From an uncultured Christensenella sp. (GTDB lineage: Bacteria > Bacillota > Clostridia > Christensenellales > UBA1242): a stretch of 64,000 nt of DNA. The notes under the pieces were generated by a model. That model saw only the letters and a list, made by a program, of their open reading frames with translations. It had not been told where the DNA came from and did not search any database. The stretch is taken from the NCBI GenBank assembly GCA_964573405.1, contig CAZNJK010000002.1:12710-76709 (forward strand), read 5' to 3'. Shown one piece after another: positions 43,001-52,170 of this stretch (its first letter is position 1; each line of letters starts with the position of its first letter). The position numbers and the translations under genes were made by a program.

Positions 43001-43542
43001 TCAATTTGTTCTTCCAACTTATGGTTTTGAAGTTCAAGATAATAATCTTCACCAAATAAATCCTTGTACCATCTTACCAATTCTTCCGCTTCATCATACT
43101 GCCTTTTAAGTATTGCTTGCGGAATATCCCCCGCCAAGCACGCGCTCAAGCACACAAGTCCTTCACTATAATCCTTAAGGGTGTTGCGGTCAATTCTTGG
43201 CTTATAATAAAAGCCCTTTTCAAACGCAATGGAGTTAAGTTTGCATAGATTATAATATCCCGTTTCATTCTTAGCAAGAAGCACTAAGTGATGAAGTTTT
43301 ACCTTGCCTTGCTTATCTTCCAAATTGTCGCAAAGATAAAACTCACAACCAAAGATTGCCTTTATTCCTTGTTTTTCGCACTCATCAAAAAATGCGACCG
43401 AGCCATACATATTGCCGTGGTCAGTAATAGCAAGAGCGGGCATTCCCATTTCTTTAGCGACCTTAACGACCTTGCCTATTCTGGCAGCCCCATCAAGCAA
43501 ACTGTATTCGGTGTGAACATGCAAATGCACAAAGTTTCCCAT
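40009..43542 (-). CDS. dnaE: DNA polymerase III alpha subunit (DnaE type)
   Basis: PHP N-terminus FVHLHVHTEYSLLDGA...ALAITDHGNMYG. 1177 aa with the typical core motifs (GPGRGSGVGS, FDVDF). Confidence 0.92.
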   Translation of the reverse strand: MGNFVHLHVHTEYSLLDGAARIGKVVKVAKEMGMPALAITDHGNMYGSVAFFDECEKQGIKAIFGCEFYLCDNLEDKQGKVKLHHLVLLAKNETGYYNLCKLNSIAFEKGFYYKPRIDRNTLKDYSEGLVCLSACLAGDIPQAILKRQYDEAEELVRWYKDLFGEDYYLELQNHKLEEQIEVNIKLKEYAKKYNIKTVATNDVHYIYREDSVTQDVLMCVQMGKTIDDPDRMKFPNDEFYFKSYEEMAEAFPNDLDALETTLEIADKCNFKLVYGHYMYPKYEPITGQDPNEYFRDLIEEGVKKKYPNITQEIRDRIEYEVGVISKLGYVEYYLIVWDYINAARERGISVGPGRGSGVGSIVAYLIGITNVDPMRYGLFFERFLNPERVSAPDFDVDFEDSRRSEVFDYVKEKYGSERVCKIITFGTMAAKNAIKDVGRVLKVPYSELDQVTKAIPNNVKRPNIIAKVFGIGRKPDDPDESIPELVEMYNNNDDIRRVADIAYKLEDSPRQTGIHACGVIIGGDILDKHIPLAKNGDISTSQYVGGELEHLGLLKMDFLGLRNLTDIKMAIGYIKDNHGVDIDFDHMEYDDPEVYKMISAGNTKAVFQLESGGFQKFMRDLQPTCLEDIIAGVSMYRPGPMDSIPEFVRNKHNPDKITYVSPLLEPILNVTYGCIVYQEQVMKIVQVLAGYTLGRADSVRKFMGKKKLKDLQKEREVFLNGCPAEGNKPAVDGAVKRGLDAQVANKLWDEMEKFGSYAFNKSHAAAYAHVSYQTAYLKCHYISEFLTAVLNNRITNADEIKNYITYAKEEKIEVLPPDINKSQTFFSVKDGKIRFGLAALKNVGISVIDLIIEERNRNGEYKSIADFLNRNDSSAHNKRCVESLILSGAFDCFGVKRSQLMQVYSGIIDKISSDRKRQATGQFSMFEDASLKQDDLKVDYPIIAEYDDQTKLKMEKEVAGVYMSGHPLSKYVDKFSEFNLTADMLMTSDNEEQMDMDDDGEKMNDSGLIDGMEVSCGGIVTEYKKLLSKKSNKEMAIIKIEDLYGTIDLMMFPNIFAKYKGQYNVDSLVRVKGKLSVRDGERATVLVDTIEPLITESVKVEEVVEKPKTLYLKYDLQDVELHNQVYGLLSEYKGTTPVIVRCASTGKVYKLNLFVDSSGSLIDELHAYIKDEFIKLQ

Positions 43543-43561
43543 AATCTATCTCCTTTTAAAA

Positions 43562-44557
43562 TTAAAATGTTGTTATTCTAAACCTACTCTTTTGAATTTC
43601 GTCGGCAATTTTGCAAATTTTCTCAAATCTATGATTAATCCCCGATTTCGAGATTTTTTCGCTATATAATTGCCTTAAGGTTTCTAGCGACTCGTCCGGA
43701 TTTGCAAGTCTTAACATTGCTAGTTCCATCAACGGCTCATCAAGGTTCTCAAGCCCCATATTGTCTTGAATTATCTTTATTGCCTTCATTTGTCTTACCG
43801 ATGCACTCACCGTTTTGTTCAAATTAGCATTAAAGCAATTTGTCTGACGATTTACATTATTCCTAACTTCCCTAATTGCGGCTTCGTTTTGAAGAGTAAG
43901 CACCGCATTAGGCGCCCCCACTAGCGCAAGTGCGTCGCATATAAGTTGGTACTCTTTAATATACACAACCGGGCTATTCTTCCTAATAGTCACCTTAGCA
44001 GGAATCTCAAACATCCCTAGAAGTTTTACAAAGTCTTCCGCCAAATTCTCGAAATTGAACACAAATTCAAGATGATATCCGCTAGTATTTTTTGAGTTGT
44101 TGTCATAATTTTTAATCACAATATTACTCGTAGCACAACTCACAAAGGCACCCTTAATATATGACCTTTTACAACAATCATCTGCAATTAAGAAATTAGA
44201 AATCCCATTGTTGATTCCCAAGAATCCGTCTTCGTCCAATTGCACAATCCCCATATCGACAAGCAATTGTTGTGTGACATCTTCGGGCAATGTAATTCTA
44301 TATCGGATGTTCTTATTTATTGTTTCATCATCAGCAATTTCAAGTTCGCACTCTTGCCCATAATACTGCTTGATGATTCCGTTAATTTTAGGATACATCT
44401 CTTCGATTTCGGTAAAAATCTCCACCACATACTTCTTGTCACTTATATTCAACTGACCGCTACACTTTATAATCGCACTCAAAAAAGCAATTGCACAGCA
44501 ATCATTTTCAATATTCTCTTTCAAAACTTCCAATTTCGCATCGTAAGCAAAAGACAT
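43562..44557 (-). CDS. whiA: DNA-binding protein WhiA
   Basis: MSFAYDAKLEVLKE...CCAIAFLSAIIKCSGQL, a LAGLIDADG-like body and a C-terminal HTH (ISKSGINHRFEKI). The ATG at 44557 is preceded by AGGAAGTG, and the listed start at 44566 lies in that SD. Confidence 0.85.
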   Translation of the reverse strand: MSFAYDAKLEVLKENIENDCCAIAFLSAIIKCSGQLNISDKKYVVEIFTEIEEMYPKINGIIKQYYGQECELEIADDETINKNIRYRITLPEDVTQQLLVDMGIVQLDEDGFLGINNGISNFLIADDCCKRSYIKGAFVSCATSNIVIKNYDNNSKNTSGYHLEFVFNFENLAEDFVKLLGMFEIPAKVTIRKNSPVVYIKEYQLICDALALVGAPNAVLTLQNEAAIREVRNNVNRQTNCFNANLNKTVSASVRQMKAIKIIQDNMGLENLDEPLMELAMLRLANPDESLETLRQLYSEKISKSGINHRFEKICKIADEIQKSRFRITTF

Positions 44558-44645
44558 CGCACACACTTCCTTATTATACTTTCTCTATTCTATCAAAAAA
44601 ACGACTATTTTACCAGCCGTTTTTGAATAAATTTTAAAAATATTT

Positions 44646-45431
44646 TTATTTTATTTGTTTTGCAATCTCATAAGCCAACAAAGTAGCACGTTCTTTTGTA
44701 TTAAGCCGTGATTGCGTGTCACCATGCTGAGCCCAATTTTTGTTGTTCACCACATCACTAAAAAACAAGAATTGCCCAAACTTTACGCCCAAATATTTCG
44801 CAGTAATACACCACGCACTACACTCCATTTCTACAGAAATTGCACCTTGTTCCTTTCTCTTTTTTATAAGCGATGGCACTTCTCTATAGAATGCGTCACA
44901 AGTCCAAGTTCGCCCCTTTTCAAAGGCAATATTATTATCGTCAAATACTTTCTCGATTGTTTTTGTGATGTCTTTATCGGTTTTTGCTCCTTCGTCATAA
45001 GACATATAATGATAACTCGCCCCTTCATCTCTTATTGCATCAGTTACAACAAGAAATTTAGTAGGGTCAAAATCTTCATCAATAAGCCCAGCCGTACCGC
45101 AAGCCAAAAAGTTTTTTACACCAAATACCGCAAATTCTTCCATTGTCGCACACGCATTAGGTGATCCTACATAAGGAACGACAAAAAGGATGTCGCCAAT
45201 AGCATATATCGGGTGCTTATCTTCCCCCGCTTGCAAAAAGTCCACTTCCACAACATTGTCGCTAATGGAATCAAGAACATTCTTTAAAGTCCTACAATAT
45301 GTCATTACGCAAGTTGTTGCATTATGCTCCGCTATATAATTTTTAAGAGCAAAGTGTTTTGGCAAATTACACTTCTCCGGTGTCAGATATGGCGATTCGT
45401 CATAAAATCTATCATCAAATGGATGATTCAT
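44646..45431 (-). CDS. Nucleoside phosphorylase family protein (PNP_UDP_1-like)
   Basis: VVPYVGSPNACATMEEFAVFGVKNFLACGTAGLI...AISVEMECSAW resembles the uridine/purine nucleoside phosphorylase fold motifs. Confidence 0.55.
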   Translation of the reverse strand: MNHPFDDRFYDESPYLTPEKCNLPKHFALKNYIAEHNATTCVMTYCRTLKNVLDSISDNVVEVDFLQAGEDKHPIYAIGDILFVVPYVGSPNACATMEEFAVFGVKNFLACGTAGLIDEDFDPTKFLVVTDAIRDEGASYHYMSYDEGAKTDKDITKTIEKVFDDNNIAFEKGRTWTCDAFYREVPSLIKKRKEQGAISVEMECSAWCITAKYLGVKFGQFLFFSDVVNNKNWAQHGDTQSRLNTKERATLLAYEIAKQIK

Positions 45432-45441
45432 AGTTTTCTCC

Positions 45442-46197
45442 TTAGTTAAAAGTTTTAAATTTTGGTATTTTATCTATATTTGCGACTTGTTCTGGCGGAA
45501 TATTGTACTTGTCCACAATATTCATCCCCCTATGGTTTTTCCCAACCCTATCGGGGTAGTGCGCGTCACTATCGATTATAAATGTTACGCCCGTAGCAAC
45601 CATATCCTTAATTTGTTCTTCGGTAAAATTAATAACCTTTCCATTAAGTTCGATGTAGGTGCCCACTTCCTTAGCCACTTCGCATATTTTAACTGGGTCA
45701 ACATAACAACGATGGCTATTAATGTGACTCAATATGTCTATTTTATATGTTCTAAGTGCTTTTATGTATGCTTGAGTGTTTTTCTCAATTTGCTTTTTAC
45801 TTTTTCCACCTATTCCTAGTACATTAGGTACCCAAAATGTAAAGAATGCTTTAAGCGACCTAGGTTTAAAATTAGCATGATACCCAACAACTAATATATC
45901 TACAATATCTCGTTTGCTTTTCGCCAAGTCAATAGTTCCGTCTAGGTCTATAAGATTGCTCTCTAGCCCGCACAAGATGTCTATCTGCCCCTTATACTTA
46001 TTGCGCAAATCTTGAATCTCTATTCGCATTTCGTTGTATTCTTTTGGAGTGATTCCATAATATGCTTGCGAAAAGGAATGCTCAGTAATAGCAATTTGTT
46101 TTAGCCCACGCTTTATTGCCGACTTTACATTGTCTTCCACCGTCCCCGAGCCGTGTGTATATATTGTATGTGTATGATAATCACCAAATAATCTCAT
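45442..46197 (-). CDS. PHP-domain phosphoesterase (HisJ/YcdX-like)
   Basis: FGDYHTHTIYTHGSGTVEDNV...IAITEHSF...DSDAH metal-ligand pattern. Confidence 0.7.
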   Translation of the reverse strand: MRLFGDYHTHTIYTHGSGTVEDNVKSAIKRGLKQIAITEHSFSQAYYGITPKEYNEMRIEIQDLRNKYKGQIDILCGLESNLIDLDGTIDLAKSKRDIVDILVVGYHANFKPRSLKAFFTFWVPNVLGIGGKSKKQIEKNTQAYIKALRTYKIDILSHINSHRCYVDPVKICEVAKEVGTYIELNGKVINFTEEQIKDMVATGVTFIIDSDAHYPDRVGKNHRGMNIVDKYNIPPEQVANIDKIPKFKTFN

Positions 46198-46214
46198 TAG
46201 TAAATACCCCTTTT

Positions 46215-47108
46215 CTATTCTATAACTTTAATTTCAAGTTGTAGGTCTATGTCATATATCCGTTTAATTTCCGACTTAATGCGACTTATAAGCATCGTCA
46301 CATCTTCACTAGTCGCATTGCCACAATTAACAATTATGTTTGCGTGTTTTGGGCTGACCATCGCTCCACCGATGCTGTATCCCTTTAGCCCCGCTTCTTC
46401 TATAAGTTTTCCTGCCGAATACCCTAGCGGATTTTTAAAAATACACCCTGCACTTGGAAGATTAGGAACAATTGCCCGCCTAAACTCTCCTATCTCTTTA
46501 AGTCGTAATTTTAATGCTTCTTTATCGCCTTTTTCAAGCGACATTTGAACCCTTAATATAATGTCAGTATCTTTAAAAATGGACTTTCTATATCCAAATT
46601 CACACTCCGCATTGTCAAGCAACTTGATTTTGCCGTCAATTATTGCCAACACGCTTTCCACAACATCAGACATCTTAAAATTAGACGAACTTGCGTTCAT
46701 TTTGACCGCCCCGCCAATTGTCGCAGGAATCAAATATCCGTCTTCAACACCTTTAAGTCCGCGTTTTACACACTCCATAATCACAGTGTTAAGATTTGTG
46801 CCAGCAAATGCAATGACCGACTTCCCTTGGAATTCGATGTGATTTAGACGGGTCATTTTTATAATCACTCCGTCATAGCCGTCGCTACTAAAAAGCACAT
46901 TCGACGCATTGCCCATTATAAAATACTTCACATCATTTTGAGTCAAAATATCAAGTATTTTTAGCAATTCTTCAGTCCCGCTAGGCTCTACAACCACACT
47001 GGCTTTCCCACCTATTTGGAATGTGCAATTTTGCCTTAAATCAACATTTTTTTGTATTTTTGTGACTTTTTTCAATTTTGAAAGAACATTTTTTAAATTA
47101 CTATTCAT
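46215..47108 (-). CDS. murB: UDP-N-acetylenolpyruvoylglucosamine reductase
   Basis: NCTFQIGGKASVVVEPSGTEEL...PSAGCIFKNP...GGAMVSPKHANIIVN. Confidence 0.9.
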   Translation of the reverse strand: MNSNLKNVLSKLKKVTKIQKNVDLRQNCTFQIGGKASVVVEPSGTEELLKILDILTQNDVKYFIMGNASNVLFSSDGYDGVIIKMTRLNHIEFQGKSVIAFAGTNLNTVIMECVKRGLKGVEDGYLIPATIGGAVKMNASSSNFKMSDVVESVLAIIDGKIKLLDNAECEFGYRKSIFKDTDIILRVQMSLEKGDKEALKLRLKEIGEFRRAIVPNLPSAGCIFKNPLGYSAGKLIEEAGLKGYSIGGAMVSPKHANIIVNCGNATSEDVTMLISRIKSEIKRIYDIDLQLEIKVIE

Positions 47109-47273
47109 AGTTTACTCCAAATAAATATTTTCTCCAAATAAATTCGGATAATTATTTGTAATATATATTCCTAGTAAAATATTCTTGTTAAAATTCTTTT
47201 CCGTCAATTTTTACGCAACACCGCCTAAATTTTTCTTTAAAAAATAAATATTGCGTCTTCATTTTCGCCATTA

Positions 47274-49082
47274 CTATTTGTTGAAAAATTCATATATCTT
47301 TTCCGCTTGCGTTTTGTTAACCCCTTTAACTTTGTTCAACTCAACAAGCGACGCTTTACTAATGCTATCATATGATTTAAAGTACTCATAAAGTGCCGTC
47401 ACAGTCGCTTCTCCCACACCATCTATTGCAAGCAATTTTGAGCGTAAAGTGTTTTTATTTCGTGTATTTTTGTGATATGTAATTGCAAATCTATGGGCTT
47501 CGTCACGCACATTTTGGAGTAGTTTAAGTGCATAATTACTTCTCGGCAAAATATATGGCTCGCTTTCATTTGGTTTGTATATTTCTTCATTTTTCTCAGC
47601 AAGCGACACCATATCGACCTTAAAATCGTTATTCTCCGCCACTGAATATGCATAACTTAGTTGTCCCTTTCCGCCATCTATCATAATTAGGTCGGGCTTG
47701 CAATCAAAACTCACATCGCCATTGCCATATTCCGCAATTCTTCGAGTCAAAATCTCTCTCATACTATCGAAGTCGTTATTCTGGTCACTACTTATTTTGA
47801 ACTTCCTATAATGTGCTTTATTTGGCTGAGCATTAGTAAACACCACCATACTTGCCACCGTATTTGTTCCACTTATGTGGCTTATGTCGTAGCCTTCTAT
47901 CCTATATGGCATTCTACTAAGATTAAGAATTTCTTGAAGCGACTTCATCGCACCCACTGTTTTTAATTCCCTTAATTTATCTCTTGTAATGCTCTTTTCT
48001 AAGTCTTGTTTTGCGTTAAGGCAAGCAAGGTCAAGTAGTTTTTTGTACTTCCCTTTTCTAGCAAATATCACATCAATTTTTGTTTTACTATTGTTATTTA
48101 AAAATTCATCCAATGCTTCACTTTCAAAAGGCAACACCACATTTTTAGGAATCACATTTTCCATATAATACTGCGAAATAAATGACTCCATCGTATTTTC
48201 CATAGTGTCAATGCTTAGCACATTAAAGTTGTTGAGCCCTATCATACTCCCGCCACGAACAACAAGCACCGAGATAATTGCGCTATGATTGTTCTCTTCA
48301 TATCCAAACACGTCCACGTCGACCACTGTTGACAAATTGCTTACTTGCTTTTCGTTAATTTTCTCAATTGTCTTCAGATTGTCCTTATACACTATTGCCC
48401 GCTCAAATTGTTCCACTTCCGCACACTGCATCATTTTTTCTGTAAGGATTTTTTTGGCTTCGGTCAAATCCCCCTTCAAAAAGTTAACAACCTTCTTCAC
48501 TTCTTCCATATATTCCGCTTCCGAACATCGTCCGGTGCAAGGAGCAAGACAATTGCCAATTTGATAATTAAGGCACTCCCTACTAGCCTTCGGGGTATTG
48601 CAATCTCTTAACCTAAATGTGTTGTTGATAATGTCATATAGTTCGCTAGCCTTAATGTTGTTGAAAAACGGTCCAAAATACAACCCGCCGTCTTTTTTCA
48701 CTTTGCGAGTAATCTCAATCTTCGGGAATTTAGTTTTCATATTGATTTTTATATACGGAAATGCCTTGCCATCTTTAAGTAGAATGTTGTAAAAAGGCTG
48801 GTGATGATGAATAAGGTTGCTTTCAAGATTGAGTGCTTCAAATTCGCTAGTCGTCACAATATAGTCAAAATCATACACATTACTGACCATTTGAGCCACT
48901 TTCTCAGTTTTCCTAGTATTTACGAAATAACTACTAACCCTGTTTTTAAGTTTTTTCGCTTTGCCGATGTAGATTATATTGCCATACTTATCGTACATCT
49001 TATATACCCCCGGCGTAAGCGGAAGTTGTTTTGTTTTTTCTCTTAAATATTCTATTCTTTCCATATATTTATTATATATCAC
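47274..49082 (-). CDS. uvrC: Excinuclease ABC subunit C
   Basis: GIY-YIG: PGVYKMYDKYGNIIYIGKAKKLKNRVSSYF. UvrBC and endonuclease V domains plus a C-terminal HhH. The start is uncertain (GTG at 49082 or ATG at 49064). Confidence 0.9.
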   Translation of the reverse strand: MIYNKYMERIEYLREKTKQLPLTPGVYKMYDKYGNIIYIGKAKKLKNRVSSYFVNTRKTEKVAQMVSNVYDFDYIVTTSEFEALNLESNLIHHHQPFYNILLKDGKAFPYIKINMKTKFPKIEITRKVKKDGGLYFGPFFNNIKASELYDIINNTFRLRDCNTPKASRECLNYQIGNCLAPCTGRCSEAEYMEEVKKVVNFLKGDLTEAKKILTEKMMQCAEVEQFERAIVYKDNLKTIEKINEKQVSNLSTVVDVDVFGYEENNHSAIISVLVVRGGSMIGLNNFNVLSIDTMENTMESFISQYYMENVIPKNVVLPFESEALDEFLNNNSKTKIDVIFARKGKYKKLLDLACLNAKQDLEKSITRDKLRELKTVGAMKSLQEILNLSRMPYRIEGYDISHISGTNTVASMVVFTNAQPNKAHYRKFKISSDQNNDFDSMREILTRRIAEYGNGDVSFDCKPDLIMIDGGKGQLSYAYSVAENNDFKVDMVSLAEKNEEIYKPNESEPYILPRSNYALKLLQNVRDEAHRFAITYHKNTRNKNTLRSKLLAIDGVGEATVTALYEYFKSYDSISKASLVELNKVKGVNKTQAEKIYEFFNK

Positions 49083-49121
49083 AACTTAAAAAATTAAAAA
49101 GTAATTTACTGACTTTTAAAT

Positions 49122-49176
49122 AAAAAACACATTAAGCAATATATAACTTCCTTACAAATTGCTCTAATGTGTTTTT
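49122..49176. terminator. Long-stem terminator after the arsR-family gene
   Basis: AACACATTAAGCAAT, a 17-nt loop, then ATTGCTCTAATGTGTT (one bulge). T-runs follow on both strands. Confidence 0.6.
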
Positions 49177-49190
49177 CGCTATATTAGGAC

Positions 49191-49532
49191 TTAATTAGCC
49201 ATCACATAATCCACTCCGCCCAGCATTATGTCGTTTATGATATTTGTTTTTATGCCATAATACATAAGTTTTCCGCACCTAGTAGTACGCACCGCTCCAC
49301 ATTGTTTCATTAACTTTAATTGATGGCTCACCGTCGTTTGATTAAGACCTAGCACCACACTCAAGTCGTTGACACACATATCCGAAATGCTAAGTGCTGT
49401 AAGAATTTTAATTCTCGTCACATCTCCAAATATGCTAAAAAAATCCTTTAGTTGTTGTAACATCTCGCTACTTGGCATATATTCCACAATGCTATCTCTC
49501 TGCTTTTGCGACAACCCTAATATATTATCCAT
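49191..49532 (-). CDS. ArsR/SmtB-family transcriptional regulator
   Basis: FSIFGDVTRIKILTALSISDMCVNDLSVVLGLNQTTVSHQLKLMKQCGAV (winged HTH with an SHQLK recognition helix). Confidence 0.85.
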   Translation of the reverse strand: MDNILGLSQKQRDSIVEYMPSSEMLQQLKDFFSIFGDVTRIKILTALSISDMCVNDLSVVLGLNQTTVSHQLKLMKQCGAVRTTRCGKLMYYGIKTNIINDIMLGGVDYVMAN

Positions 49533-49647
49533 AAAAAAATCCCCTTCTTTTCACAACTTTATTTTAATATAAATACTCAACATTAACAAAAGTAAATTTT
49601 GTTGCATATTGAATTATAATAAAATATTTTGCAATTTGGAGGGGAAT

Positions 49648-49818
49648 ATGTCTTATCAAGACCAAATATTTTTAATTTTAGTTTTGTCAATTTTGACAAG
49701 TGCCGACGGCGACATCGCCAACGACACCAACTTTTTGTTACTACTACTTTTAGTGCTATCTACTAGCCCTACATCAAATACAAGTTGTAATTCGTGCAAC
49801 CGATTTAGTTGTTTCTAA
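49648..49818 (+). CDS. 56-aa hydrophobic micro-protein with C-terminal Cys motif, divergent from the arsR-family gene
   Basis: SD GGAGGGG lies 4 nt before the ATG at 49648. Translation: MSYQDQIFLILVLSILTSADGDIANDTNFLLLLLLVLSTSPTSNTSCNSCNRFSCF. There is an internal two-fold pattern (FLILVLSILTS / FLLLLLLVLSTS). The stop overlaps the prfA stop by 4 nt. Confidence 0.5.
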   Translation: MSYQDQIFLILVLSILTSADGDIANDTNFLLLLLLVLSTSPTSNTSCNSCNRFSCF

Positions 49819-50894
49819 AAATTGTCCTTATTACTCTCAAGCAATGCTTCTTGATTTGCAATGGTCAAATTCTCAATTAAGTCATCCAAGTCGCCATTTA
49901 GGAATGCATCCAAATTATATACTGTGTAATTAATGCGGTGGTCTGTCAAACGACCTTGCGGATAATTATATGTCCTTATCCTTTCGCTTCTATCGCCGGT
50001 CCCAACTTGGTTTTTGCGATTTTGTGCGTAGTTTTCGTCGCTTTCCGTTTTGTATAGGTCGTACAATTTACTCTTTAATACCGCAAATGCCTTTTCCTTG
50101 TTCTTAATCTGGCTTCTTTCATCTTGGCAAGTAACCACAAGTCCCGTAGGCAAGTGGGTAAGCCTAATGGCACTATCGGTTGTATTTACGTGTTGTCCAC
50201 CAGCACCACTACTACGATAAATGTCCATTCGGATGTCTTTTTCGTTAATTTCAATGTCAACATCTTCTTGTTCTGGCAATACCGCAACTGTGGCTGTAGA
50301 TGTGTGGATTCTGCCTTGGCTTTCGGTTTCTGGCACTCTTTGTACTCTATGCACTCCGCTCTCATACTTTAATTTTGCGTAAGCGCCTTTTCCCTTAATC
50401 ATAAAGGAGCATTCCTTCATTCCGCCAAGTTCGGTTTCGTTAGCATCAAGCATCTCCAATTTCCAACCTTGCTTAACTGCGTACATACTATACATTCTAA
50501 ATAGCACCCCGGCAAAAAGGCTCGCTTCTTCGCCACCTGCACCGCCACGGATTTCCATAATAACGTTTTTCTCGTCGTTCTCGTCCTTTGGCAATAATAA
50601 AATCTTTAAGTTGTCTTCCGCCTTAGTTAACTTCTCTTTGTTCTCTAGAATTTCTGATTCGGCAAGTTCTCTTAATTCGGGGTCACTCTCAACACTAAGC
50701 AGTTCTTCCGCTTCTTGCAATTGTTTTGTGATGTTGCAATACTCGTCGTACGCTTCAATTATAGGTTGAAGATTGCTATATTCTTTTGACAATTCCTTAA
50801 ACTTCTTATTGTCCGATATTATATCGGGATTGACAATATCTTCACTTATTTTAATGTAATTCTTCTTTATATTTTCTAACTTCTCTACTAACAT
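49815..50894 (-). CDS. prfA: Peptide chain release factor 1
   Basis: RVPETESQGRIHTS (PxT-type RF1 anticodon motif) and SGAGGQHVNTTDSAIRLTH (GGQ). Confidence 0.92.
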   Translation of the reverse strand: MLVEKLENIKKNYIKISEDIVNPDIISDNKKFKELSKEYSNLQPIIEAYDEYCNITKQLQEAEELLSVESDPELRELAESEILENKEKLTKAEDNLKILLLPKDENDEKNVIMEIRGGAGGEEASLFAGVLFRMYSMYAVKQGWKLEMLDANETELGGMKECSFMIKGKGAYAKLKYESGVHRVQRVPETESQGRIHTSTATVAVLPEQEDVDIEINEKDIRMDIYRSSGAGGQHVNTTDSAIRLTHLPTGLVVTCQDERSQIKNKEKAFAVLKSKLYDLYKTESDENYAQNRKNQVGTGDRSERIRTYNYPQGRLTDHRINYTVYNLDAFLNGDLDDLIENLTIANQEALLESNKDNF

Positions 50895-51706
50895 TTTTCT
50901 GCCCTTATTATTCTACTTATATTGTTGTAATCTTTTATTATTGTAATATTTTTAAAATTCTTTTGCAATAGTTTAATCACATCATTTTCTTGATTTTCGC
51001 CAATTTCCAAATATAGAACACCATTATTTACAAGATGCTTCGGTGATTTTTCCGCTATAATCCTATAAAAATCAAGTCCGTCAACCCCGCCATCAAGTGC
51101 AATATGCGGGTCAAATTTTCTTACTTCCTTTTGTAAAAATTTAATGTCGCTATGTTTTATATATGGCGGATTTGACACAATTACATCAAAAACACCAACA
51201 ATATTATCTAGCATATTTGACCTTACAATCGATACTGGCAAATTATTGTGTCTTGCATTTTTTATTTGCATTTTGATTGCCTTACGACTCACATCACTAA
51301 GCGTCACTTCTTCAAATCCTGCTTTTTTTAGTGCAAGCCCTATACACCCCGACCCTGCACACAAGTCAAGAATTGAGCACTCAACATCCTCCCGCTTTAT
51401 AATCTCGTCCGTCATAAGTTCTGTTTCTGGGCGGGGCTTTAGCGTATGCTTACTTTCTATAATCTCAACCCCCATAAAATTGGAAAAACCGATAATCAAT
51501 TGAAGCGGAACGCCACGCAGTCTTTTTTTGACTGCTTTTTTTAGTCGTTTGTACTCTTTCTCTTCCAAATCGGTCTTTATTAAAATATCTGCCTTAGAAA
51601 TTCCTAAAAGGGCTTCACAAAGAAATGCAAACTCTTGATTTGCATTATCTGAGCATTTTGATAATTTTTCTACCAATTCTAATTTTACGCTTTTAAAGTC
51701 TTTCAT
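50888..51706 (-). CDS. prmC: Release factor glutamine-N5 methyltransferase
   Basis: DLCAGSGCIGLAL (SAM site) and VSNPPYI. It overlaps the prfA start by 7 nt. Confidence 0.88.
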   Translation of the reverse strand: MKDFKSVKLELVEKLSKCSDNANQEFAFLCEALLGISKADILIKTDLEEKEYKRLKKAVKKRLRGVPLQLIIGFSNFMGVEIIESKHTLKPRPETELMTDEIIKREDVECSILDLCAGSGCIGLALKKAGFEEVTLSDVSRKAIKMQIKNARHNNLPVSIVRSNMLDNIVGVFDVIVSNPPYIKHSDIKFLQKEVRKFDPHIALDGGVDGLDFYRIIAEKSPKHLVNNGVLYLEIGENQENDVIKLLQKNFKNITIIKDYNNISRIIRAEKC

Positions 51707-51747
51707 ATAACCACTAAATAATAAAAAATAGGCCTACAGCCCATTTT

Positions 51748-51954
51748 TTAGTCCAAATTATATTTCTTTTTAAATTTGTCTGCTCTACCTTGAGTATCAA
51801 CCACTTTTTGTTTTCCACTAAAGAATGGGTGGCACTTATCACAAACTTCAACCTTAATTGTATCACCTTTTACAGTAGATTTGGTTTTAAATTTATTGCC
51901 ACAACCACAAATAACTTCAACTTCGTGATAGTCTGGATGGATATCTTTTTTCAT
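51748..51954 (-). CDS. rpmE: 50S ribosomal protein L31 (zinc-binding type A)
   Basis: [27 protein letters not shown]...[25 protein letters not shown]. Confidence 0.93.
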   Translation of the reverse strand: MKKDIHPDYHEVEVICGCGNKFKTKSTVKGDTIKVEVCDKCHPFFSGKQKVVDTQGRADKFKKKYNLD

Positions 51955-52123
51955 AAACTTTCACCTCTTATAATATTAATGCTTACTTATTTTACAATAA
52001 AACTTTACGATAGTCAACACTTTTTTCATATTTATTTTTTTAAACATCCTATTAATCCAAAACCTTGCATCTAGACTACACCATTTCGCAGTCGCAAAAG
52101 CCTTTAAACTTCCAAATTGCATA

Positions 52124-52152
52124 TTGACAGTATTTTTTTGTTATGTTAAAAT
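52124..52152 (+). promoter_or_regulatory. Sigma-A-type promoter for the paralogue pair
   Basis: TTGACA (52124-52129), 17 nt, TAAAAT (52147-52152). SD TGGAGA and the ATG at 52171 lie downstream. Confidence 0.6.
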
Positions 52153-52170
52153 TATAAAAATGGAGATAAT

